UHGV virus genome: UHGV-0206356
Origin: a virus
Direction: 5' to 3' (one strand)
Length of the DNA: 6,063 nucleotides
In this document: piece by piece, positions 1 through 6,060 of the stretch
Position numbering within the stretch: the first letter of the stretch is position 1
Layout: each line of letters starts with the position of its first letter
Notes under the pieces: generated by a model
The model's input: only the letters and a program-made list of their open reading frames with translations
Database searches by the model: none
Told to the model about the DNA's origin: nothing
Translations under genes and position numbers: made by a program

Positions 1-1803
1 ATGGGTTCACGACTTTTTTCTTATGGAGATGTGAAAGGTAGGCCGTCTCGTGCCGGTTTTGATCTTTCTAAGAAGTTTTGTTTTACTGCTAAGGCAGGAC
101 AGTTGCTTCCTGTCTATTGGAAAATGTTGCTTCCAGGTACGAAAGTAAATTTGAAAGATATGCATTTTACTCGTACTATGCCGGTTAATACTGCTGCTTA
201 TACTCGTATTAAGGAGTACTTTGATTGGTATTTCGTTCCTCTTCGTTTGATCAATAAGAATTTAAATCCTGCCTTGGTAAATATGTTGGATCAGTCCAAT
301 ATTGCTACCTCTTTGATTCAGAATAAGGTTGTTTCTGATGAAATTCCCTATACCGACTATTCTACTATCACCGGAGTTTTTAACAAATTTGAGCAGTCTG
401 TTGGTGATGATCAGTTTGATGTTGTAGGTTTCAAACGTATTCCTCAGTCTATTAAGTTGATGCGTCATCTTCGCTATGGTAATTTTTTGTATGATACTGC
501 TTGGAATTCTTTGACCAGTAAGAATATGGGATATTCTTCTGTTAAGTTCTTTAATCTTTATGCTCAGTGGAATCTTAATGTGAATATTCTTCCTTTGGCT
601 GCTTATCAGAAGATTTATTGTGATTATTTCCGTTTTGAACAATGGGAAAAAGCTCAGCCTTACACGTATAATTTTGATTATTATTCCGGTGGTAATATTC
701 TTACTGAATATAAGAGTGATCCTGTTGGTTTGCTTTCTAAGGATAATTTGTTCACTCTTCGTTATGCGAATTATCCTCGAGATTTGTTTATGGGAGTTCT
801 CCCGTCTTCTCAATTAGGTTCGGTTGCTACGGTGGATATTTTGAATACTTATGGTAAGACTTCTGTTAGTCTTTCAGGTCAATCCGGTCAATTGGTTGGG
901 ACTGTTACTAGTGGTACTACTATTAATGTTTCTAATTCTGCTTCTTTATCTTCCGGTTTTAAATCTGCTAATATTATTTCTGGTTATAATATTGGTTCCG
1001 TAACTGGTACTTTTGATATTCTTTCCTTCCGTGTCGCTAACGCTATCCAGCGTATGCGTGAGATACAACAATGTGCAGACCAAGGATATAAAGAACAACT
1101 TGAAGCTCGTTGGAATGTAAAATTGTCTACCGCTTTGTCTGATCACTGTACGTATATTGGTGGTAATTCTTCTCAGATTAGCATTTCTGAGGTTTTGAAT
1201 AATAATTTGGATGCTGCTCAATCTCAAGCTGATATTAAAGGTAAAGGTGTTGGTTCCGGTTCCGGTTCTGAATCTTTTGAAACTCAAGAGCATGGTATTT
1301 TGATGTGTATTTATCATGCTGTTCCGGTTTTGGATTATGAATTATCCGGTCCCGATCTTCAGCTTTTGAATACTTATGCTACCGATCTTCCTCAGCCCGA
1401 GTTGGATAATCTTGGTTTGGAATCTCTTCCGTTGTTTACTTTGATGAATCGTGCAAGCAATTCTTATCCGAGTTCTTTTAAATCTAACACTATTTTAGGC
1501 TATGTTCCTCGATATATTGCTTATAAGACGGATGTTGATTGTATTGAAGGTGCGTTTTTGACTTCGTTGAAATCCTGGGTTGCTCCTTTGACTACTGACG
1601 AAATTATACTTAAGATCACGTTAGGTGCTTCTACTCCTACTTGGTCACTTAATTATGGTTTATTTAAGGTTTCTCCACGTGTTTTGAATTCTATTTTCGT
1701 TCCTCAATGTGATGATACGATTGATACGGATCAATTCTTGGTTGAATCCTTCTTTGATGTGAAGTTTGTTCAAAATCTTGATTATGATGGAATGCCGTAT
1801 TAA
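1..1803 (+). CDS. VP1: Major capsid protein (VP1 / phiX F-like), 600 aa
   Basis: Recognisable microvirus capsid motifs: R.GFDLS.K..FTAKAGQLLPV, FTRTMPVNTAAYTRIKEYFDWYFVP, LPLAAYQKIYCDYFR..QWE, LRYANY..DLFMG.LP..Q.G, EHGILMCIYHAVP.LDY, LGYVPRY..YKT, C-terminal NLDYDGMPY. Strong T3 codon bias. Confidence 0.97.
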   Translation: MGSRLFSYGDVKGRPSRAGFDLSKKFCFTAKAGQLLPVYWKMLLPGTKVNLKDMHFTRTMPVNTAAYTRIKEYFDWYFVPLRLINKNLNPALVNMLDQSNIATSLIQNKVVSDEIPYTDYSTITGVFNKFEQSVGDDQFDVVGFKRIPQSIKLMRHLRYGNFLYDTAWNSLTSKNMGYSSVKFFNLYAQWNLNVNILPLAAYQKIYCDYFRFEQWEKAQPYTYNFDYYSGGNILTEYKSDPVGLLSKDNLFTLRYANYPRDLFMGVLPSSQLGSVATVDILNTYGKTSVSLSGQSGQLVGTVTSGTTINVSNSASLSSGFKSANIISGYNIGSVTGTFDILSFRVANAIQRMREIQQCADQGYKEQLEARWNVKLSTALSDHCTYIGGNSSQISISEVLNNNLDAAQSQADIKGKGVGSGSGSESFETQEHGILMCIYHAVPVLDYELSGPDLQLLNTYATDLPQPELDNLGLESLPLFTLMNRASNSYPSSFKSNTILGYVPRYIAYKTDVDCIEGAFLTSLKSWVAPLTTDEIILKITLGASTPTWSLNYGLFKVSPRVLNSIFVPQCDDTIDTDQFLVESFFDVKFVQNLDYDGMPY

Positions 1804-1820
1804 TCTAAAATTTGTTTGTT

Positions 1821-2246
1821 ATGAAAAAAGAAGATGTTTTAAATGTTCTCGCCAATTCTGAGTTTACCACTGTTCGTCCTATTGACGAGCTTCGTTTTGT
1901 TGAAGAACTTGATGGTTCTATTCGTTTTGTTTCTGATGCTACTTTACTTTTAAATGAGCAGCGTATTATTAATGATATTGGTGAGGATAATTATCGGAAT
2001 TTTATTCGTGAGTTGCAGGTGAATCCTTCCTCTCCTTATAAGGATGGCAATTTTACTGATGAACAGTTGATGACTGAAATAAAGTCTCGTTACGTTCAGT
2101 CTCCTTCTGAGGTTCGTGAATGGGTTCGTGATATGCTTGATCAGCAAGAGAAAATTTCTGATGATGTTAAGGCTAAGTTAGAAGAGATGAAATCTTCTGA
2201 AACTGAACCTTCTGATCCTGTTGTTGAATCTGTTAAAACTGAATAA
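1821..2246 (+). CDS. Acidic 141-aa protein, putative internal scaffolding (VP3-like) protein
   Basis: ATG at 1821 follows an AT-rich leader and is preferred to the TTG at 1812. T3-biased codons, D/E-rich and likely helical, located between VP1 and VP2. The function is inferred from position and composition only. Confidence 0.7.
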   Translation: MKKEDVLNVLANSEFTTVRPIDELRFVEELDGSIRFVSDATLLLNEQRIINDIGEDNYRNFIRELQVNPSSPYKDGNFTDEQLMTEIKSRYVQSPSEVREWVRDMLDQQEKISDDVKAKLEEMKSSETEPSDPVVESVKTE

Positions 2247-2248
2247 TT

Positions 2249-3433
2249 ATGGATCCTGTTGTTCTTGGTTCTATTATTTCTGCTGGAGCTGGACTGGCCG
2301 GTTCTGCCGTTTCCGGTATTGCTTCCGGCAAGATGAACAAGAAGTCTATCAAGTATAATAAATGGGCTTTACAGGAGCAGCAGAAGTTTCAGTCTGAACA
2401 ATCGCAGCTTGGTCGTGATTGGTCTGAAGAAATGATGTCTAAGGCAAATCAGTGGAATTTGGACCAATGGAATCGTGAAAACGAGTATAATCTTCCTGAG
2501 AATCAAAAAGCACGTCTTTTAGCAGCCGGAATTAATCCGGCTCTAGCTATGCAAGGTGCTTCTTCTGTTGGTCAGGCTGCGTCTTCTCCATCTTCTGCTT
2601 CCGCTCCTTCTCCGGCATCTCCTTCCGGTGCTTCTGCTCCTTCTTTGAACTTGCAACGTCCGGATTATGGTACAGGTTTTGCCCAGCTTTCGTCTGCTGT
2701 GAATTCTTATTTTGAGAATAAACAGCGTTCTGTTGTTACTGAAGGTTATGGCCTTGATAATGCTTTAAAAGCCACGTATGGCGATCGTGCTGCTCAACTT
2801 TCTCTTGGTAAGACTGAAGCTGAGATTGATAATATTCGTGCTTCTGCTGCTAAGTCTTATGCTGATTCTGCTTTGATTAATTTGCAAGCCAAGGAAAAGG
2901 AGGTTTTAAATAAGTATTTGGATGCTGGCCAGCAACTTTCTTTGTTTTTGAAGATAGGTGAACTTGCAACTATGAAATCTCAACGTGAATTGATGTCTTC
3001 GCAAACTCGTAAGGCTATTGCTGAAGAGATTGAATCTTATGCTCGTTCTCGTGGTTTGAATATTTCTAATCGTGTTGCCGAGCAGACTGCTGAACGTTTG
3101 ATTATTGCTACTAACGAGGAGAATCGTTTTCGTGGCATTGATGCTCGTTCTGCTGCTGCTTGGTCTCCTGTTCAGAATTTTTATCGGACTAAGCAAATGT
3201 CTGTTGATTTGAAGGCTTCTGAAATTGCTAATATTATGGCTGAATTTGAGCGTTACACGAAGGATACGCCTGGTAATCGTTGGATTCAGAAAAATGTTGT
3301 TCCTGTTTCTTCGGCTCTTGGTCCTTTACTTGATGCGGCTGCTATGTTTACTGTTGCTGGAAAACTTGGTAAGTCTGTTAATATGTTTAAGCCTAAGTAT
3401 GGTAAAATGAAGAAATATTCTTTTGAGAATTAA
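2249..3433 (+). CDS. VP2: DNA pilot protein (VP2 / phiX H-like), 394 aa
   Basis: Gly/Ala-rich hydrophobic N-terminus (LGSIISAGAGLAGSAVSGIA), the motif WNRENEYN.P..Q.ARL.AAGINPAL, then long Q/A/E/K-rich coiled-coil-like segments. Confidence 0.92.
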   Translation: MDPVVLGSIISAGAGLAGSAVSGIASGKMNKKSIKYNKWALQEQQKFQSEQSQLGRDWSEEMMSKANQWNLDQWNRENEYNLPENQKARLLAAGINPALAMQGASSVGQAASSPSSASAPSPASPSGASAPSLNLQRPDYGTGFAQLSSAVNSYFENKQRSVVTEGYGLDNALKATYGDRAAQLSLGKTEAEIDNIRASAAKSYADSALINLQAKEKEVLNKYLDAGQQLSLFLKIGELATMKSQRELMSSQTRKAIAEEIESYARSRGLNISNRVAEQTAERLIIATNEENRFRGIDARSAAAWSPVQNFYRTKQMSVDLKASEIANIMAEFERYTKDTPGNRWIQKNVVPVSSALGPLLDAAAMFTVAGKLGKSVNMFKPKYGKMKKYSFEN

Positions 3434-3459
3434 TATTTGTTTGTTTTATTGTTTTGTTA

Positions 3460-3515
3460 TTGCCACTCTTTGCGATTTTGAGTTAATTTTTAACGATAAT
3501 AGCATTGAGTGGCAA
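3460..3515. other. Long imperfect hairpin after VP2
   Basis: TTGCCACTC (3460-3468) and GAGTGGCAA (3507-3515) form a perfect 9-bp inverted repeat. Inner pairing includes TGC/GCA and GTTAA (3482-3486)/TTAAC (3490-3494). Confidence 0.65.
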
Positions 3516-3603
3516 CTTGCGTCCTGTTCATTGATTATAGAATTCCGGCGTTTCGGATTTCCTCATCCTTCTGCCCTGCGGCGAGCACTCGAGTCACCAT
3601 CTA

Positions 3604-3667
3604 GCTGCCTGACCTTCCTATTTCCCTCCAATCTCCCTTTGGGAGTTGCAGGGAACTGGAAGGCAGC
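3604..3667. other. Long GC-rich bulged hairpin (possible terminator, ssDNA signal or structured RNA)
   Basis: Nested pairs GCTG/CAGC, CCTTCC/GGAAGG, TTCCCT/AGGGAA, CAA/TTG and CTCCC/GGGAG close a TTT loop (3638-3640). It is followed by an AT-rich tract. Confidence 0.7.
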
Positions 3668-3723
3668 GTTTAAATTATTTAACTTACTTTAACTATGAAA
3701 TCTAAATGCTTGTGTCCGAAGGA

Positions 3724-3746
3724 TTTGGAGGTTATCTTCCTCCAAA
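3724..3746. other. Perfect 8-bp hairpin next to the candidate origin
   Basis: TTTGGAGG-TTATCTT-CCTCCAAA, followed by GGTTTTCT. Confidence 0.65.
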
Positions 3747-3751
3747 GGTTT

Positions 3752-3782
3752 TCTCTAGTCATAATTACCCACAAGTGACACC
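3752..3782 (+). other. Candidate viral-strand replication origin (Rep nick/binding site)
   Basis: TCTCTAG-TCATAATTACCCACAAGT-GACACC has a layout resembling the phiX174 30-nt origin (CAACTTG^ATATTAATAACACTATA-GACCAC). It is intergenic and upstream of rep. This is a resemblance by eye only. Confidence 0.4.
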
Positions 3783-3796
3783 GTTATAACATATTC

Positions 3797-3816
3797 TTTT
3801 TTTTATTATACTTGCA
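3797..3816 (+). promoter_or_regulatory. Putative Bacteroidota sigma-A -7 promoter element
   Basis: TATACTTG(CA) at 3807-3814 is one mismatch from TAnnTTTG. It is preceded by a T-run and lies ~30 nt upstream of the first ATG of the small ORF/rep unit. No clear -33 TTTG element is present. Confidence 0.5.
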
Positions 3817-3845
3817 ATGAAATATTAATTTTAAAGGTTGATACT

Positions 3846-4004
3846 ATGAAATATTTGGTTATTATTGATGACATGAGAGGTTCTAAACGTGAGTATGTTT
3901 GTGAATCTTCTAATCTTAGAGATTTGATTGATCAGAATCCTAATTGTGTTTGTATTATTAAGGCTCTTCCGGAGACTTATATTCCGTTTATTAAGAATAA
4001 TTGA
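3846..4004 (+). CDS. Hypothetical 52-aa protein MKYLVIIDDMRGSKREYVCESSNLRDLIDQNPNCVCIIKALPETYIPFIKNN
   Basis: Translated by hand (not in the ORF track). ATG with A at -3 after an AT-rich leader, T3-biased codons, and a stop 2 nt before the next ATG. Confidence 0.75.
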   Translation: MKYLVIIDDMRGSKREYVCESSNLRDLIDQNPNCVCIIKALPETYIPFIKNN

Positions 4005-4006
4005 TT

Positions 4007-4105
4007 ATGGCAACAACTGAAAAAAAGAACAAGATTTGGTCCGCTATTATTTCAGCGATCGTTTCTTTGTTAACTTCATTAGGTACAATTCTCGTAGGAC
4101 AGTAG
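4007..4105 (+). CDS. 32-aa single-transmembrane micropeptide MATTEKKNKIWSAIISAIVSLLTSLGTILVGQ
   Basis: Translated by hand. It exactly fills the gap between the 52-aa ORF and rep, with a stop-TT-ATG junction at both ends. A basic N-terminus is followed by ~21 uncharged, hydrophobic residues. Confidence 0.8.
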   Translation: MATTEKKNKIWSAIISAIVSLLTSLGTILVGQ

Positions 4106-4107
4106 TT

Positions 4108-5793
4108 ATGGATAAGGTTGATACTATAAAATTTCTCGCTAAACGTTGTTATCATGGTAAGAATGTTATAAACCCTTATACGGGTCAACTTATGTATCAA
4201 CCATGCGGAGAATGTCCTGCGTGTCTTACCCGCAAAGCGTCTATTCGCTCTATGCGGGTAAGCTTGCAGAAGTCTTTATCTAAATACGCTTATTTTATTA
4301 ATCCTTCTTATGATCAAAAATATGTGCCGAAGTGTCAGATTTTTAAGGTTCATCCTGATGATCCTGATTCGGATCTTTATGAACTTGTTGTCAAGCCTAG
4401 ACAGAAAGGAGATTATAAGATTGTTCAGAGAGTGTATTCTAAGAAATATAAAAAGATTATTAAAAAGGAAGTGGATGCTCCGCTTTCTTATGATGATGAT
4501 TTCTCTTATTATTTCAATGCTTCTGATGATTATATCCGTGATTTTCGTGAGCAAGCTACTTTGAATGTTAAAGGTAAATATCCTCATTTACAAGATTATT
4601 ATGGCTATATATCTCGGAAGGATGGTCAATTATTTGTTAAACGTTTGCGTAAGCATATATCTAAATTTGCTGGAAAATATGAAAAAGTACATATCTACCT
4701 TGTATCAGAATACGGACCCGTACACTTCCGTCCGCATTTCCATCTCCTACTATTCACGGACTCGGACAAAGTCGCCAAGAATATTAGCCGAATTATTAAT
4801 TCGAGCTGGAAATTTGGTCGTTGTGATTGGTCTGCCTCGCGAGGCAACGCTGAGTCGTACGTTGCGGGCTATGTTAACTCATTTAGTCGCCTTCCCTATC
4901 ACCTTAAACAGGATGATAGAGTTAAGCCATATTCTCGTTTCTCGAACGGATTTGCAACATCATGCTTTTCTGACGCCACGCAAGCCGTTAGAGATAGTAT
5001 TTCCCGACCCAAAGAAGAGGCCCCGCTCGCTCCATTCCTTAATGGAATCCCTAGCCTTATTAATGGAAAACTTCTCTCAATCCGCCCTCCCCGGTCGGTT
5101 GTCGATTCCTGCTTTCTCCGATATGCGTGCAATGGTCGATTGTCTAGCCATGAATTATATTGGCTTGTACGAAGCGTATCTACAACGCTTTCCCGATCTT
5201 TTCAAGCAGTTCGAAGAGATAACCCCGGAGCAACGTTGATGGATGTTTGTAGGCTTCATCTTCGGTCTATTTATTCCATGTCTTCACGTTCTGTTGAAGA
5301 TTTTTTAAGTATTGAAAATCAACTTTACACTTGTTATTATTATGCTAGACTCGAATCCCCAACGACCGATGTTCGTTCGGATGCTTTATTCGATAGTGAT
5401 TGTATGCGGTTATATCGTTTTTTTTCGTGCGTTGGTAAGTTTATTTCGTTTTGGAATATCACTCCTTCATCGTCTTATGAATATATTTATCGTACGGTTG
5501 ATCTTTCTAAGTGGTATTATTCTCGGCTTTCTTATTATATGTTACGTTCTCAGTACACTGATCTCGTTGGTTTAGTTGATCTTGATGAAGAATTAGTTGA
5601 TTTTTTGATTGCCCCGGTTACTGAAGATGTTCCTTCCTCTGATGGTATTTCTGCTTTGGAATACCATCCTCCTTTTGAATCTCTTGTCAAGTCTCATCCT
5701 ATTCTTACTCTCGCTCAAGCTAGAGCTAAAAAGATTTGTGATGATCGTGTTAAGCATCGTGATATTAATGATAGAAATTTAAAGTATGTATAG
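4108..5793 (+). CDS. VP4: Rolling-circle replication initiator (VP4 / phiX A-like HUH endonuclease), 561 aa
   Basis: Zn-finger-like CGECPAC (4204-4224), motif I-like FINPSY (4294-4311), motif II EYGP.HFRPHFH (HFH at 4735-4743) and motif III YVAGY (4858-4872). ATG 4108 is preferred over TTG 4036 because the upstream stretch is occupied by the micropeptide ORF. Confidence 0.95.
   Translation: MDKVDTIKFLAKRCYHGKNVINPYTGQLMYQPCGECPACLTRKASIRSMRVSLQKSLSKYAYFINPSYDQKYVPKCQIFKVHPDDPDSDLYELVVKPRQKGDYKIVQRVYSKKYKKIIKKEVDAPLSYDDDFSYYFNASDDYIRDFREQATLNVKGKYPHLQDYYGYISRKDGQLFVKRLRKHISKFAGKYEKVHIYLVSEYGPVHFRPHFHLLLFTDSDKVAKNISRIINSSWKFGRCDWSASRGNAESYVAGYVNSFSRLPYHLKQDDRVKPYSRFSNGFATSCFSDATQAVRDSISRPKEEAPLAPFLNGIPSLINGKLLSIRPPRSVVDSCFLRYACNGRLSSHELYWLVRSVSTTLSRSFQAVRRDNPGATLMDVCRLHLRSIYSMSSRSVEDFLSIENQLYTCYYYARLESPTTDVRSDALFDSDCMRLYRFFSCVGKFISFWNITPSSSYEYIYRTVDLSKWYYSRLSYYMLRSQYTDLVGLVDLDEELVDFLIAPVTEDVPSSDGISALEYHPPFESLVKSHPILTLAQARAKKICDDRVKHRDINDRNLKYV
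4679..5239 (+). CDS. Putative overprinted 186-aa protein in the +1 frame of rep
   Basis: The frame is open from 4565 to 5239. The ATG at 4679 (GAAAAT-ATG-AAA-AAG) coincides with the drop in rep T3 bias, which returns after the stop at 5239. Confidence 0.55.
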   Translation: MKKYISTLYQNTDPYTSVRISISYYSRTRTKSPRILAELLIRAGNLVVVIGLPREATLSRTLRAMLTHLVAFPITLNRMIELSHILVSRTDLQHHAFLTPRKPLEIVFPDPKKRPRSLHSLMESLALLMENFSQSALPGRLSIPAFSDMRAMVDCLAMNYIGLYEAYLQRFPDLFKQFEEITPEQR

Positions 5794-6031
5794 GACAGTT
5801 TATATATATCGATTGGATGATTTGGCGAATCCCGATTTTATTGGTGACAATATGGTACTAATGATGCGTGATCGTTTTTGTGTTTCATCTGTAAGTCAGT
5901 GTGATGAGTATTGTAGACGTTTAGAAAAGTATCTTAATTCTCTAAGTATTTATAAGTACAAGGTAACGCAGTATCCCAGGGATAAATCTCACGAGTTTAT
6001 TTCTGAACAAATGTTGTTACCTTTTGATTAA
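5786..6031 (+). CDS. Hypothetical 81-aa protein ending in EQMLLPFD
   Basis: The ATG overlaps the rep 3' end by 8 nt, and the ORF fills the gap between rep and the VP1 leader. Composition is that of an ordinary soluble protein. Confidence 0.75.
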   Translation: MYRTVYIYRLDDLANPDFIGDNMVLMMRDRFCVSSVSQCDEYCRRLEKYLNSLSIYKYKVTQYPRDKSHEFISEQMLLPFD

Positions 6032-6036
6032 TTTAA

Positions 6037-6060
6037 TTTAAAATTTAACTTAAAATTTAA
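6037..6060 (+). repeat. AT-rich 12-nt tandem (Y)TTAAAATTTAA x2, the likely VP1 translation-initiation leader across the circular junction
   Basis: TTTAAAATTTAA (6037-6048) followed by CTTAAAATTTAA (6049-6060). No Shine-Dalgarno sequence is present. Confidence 0.6.

Larger units (their letters stand above)
3834..4132 (+). repeat. Direct repeat pair AAGGTTGATACTAT(G/A)AAAT at 3834-3852 and 4114-4132
   Basis: 14 nt are identical and 18/19 match overall. The copies are 280 nt apart. Confidence 0.8.

Noticed and set aside
2560..2645. Degenerate TCT/CCT/GCT repeats in VP2
   Set aside because: They simply encode a Ser/Ala/Pro low-complexity linker, which is common in pilot proteins. This is not a CRISPR array or DGR repeat.
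2933..2947. Canonical clamp motif QLSLF inside VP2
   Set aside because: It is internal to a predicted coiled-coil of a structural protein and probably coincidental. Revisit only if it is conserved in homologs.
3489..3500. Possible dif/XerD-like arm (TTTAACGATAAT; also ATAACATATT near 3786) for prophage integration
   Set aside because: Only partial, gapped matches in AT-rich DNA, with no convincing 28-bp two-arm dif site.
3423..3692. 89-aa ORF across the intergenic region
   Set aside because: It has a TTG start inside VP2, lacks the genome's codon bias, and overlaps hairpins that better explain the sequence.
4036..4107. N-terminal Rep extension from TTG 4036
   Set aside because: The region is better explained by the 32-aa ORF in another frame, and ATG 4108 has the recurrent stop-TT-ATG junction.
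262..4587. Minus-strand ORFs (262-813, 946-1317, 1950-2147, 2906-3196, 3991-4200, 4276-4587)
   Set aside because: Antisense shadows of + strand genes. T3 bias puts A in antisense codon position 1, which suppresses stops and gives I/K/N/R/T-rich products. Microvirus genes are typically on one strand.
4899..5132. 77-aa minus-strand ORF within rep
   Set aside because: It is short and antisense to two overlapping + strand frames, and it does not match the boundaries of the codon-bias shift.
620..5575. Hydrophobic +1-frame ORFs (620-817, 3225-3410, 4310-4564, 5312-5575) as lysis-gene candidates
   Set aside because: T3 bias puts T in codon position 2 of the +1 frame, which automatically yields stop-free L/I/V/F/M-rich ORFs. 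The host-gene codon bias appears largely intact there. They cannot be fully excluded, since phiX E arose this way.
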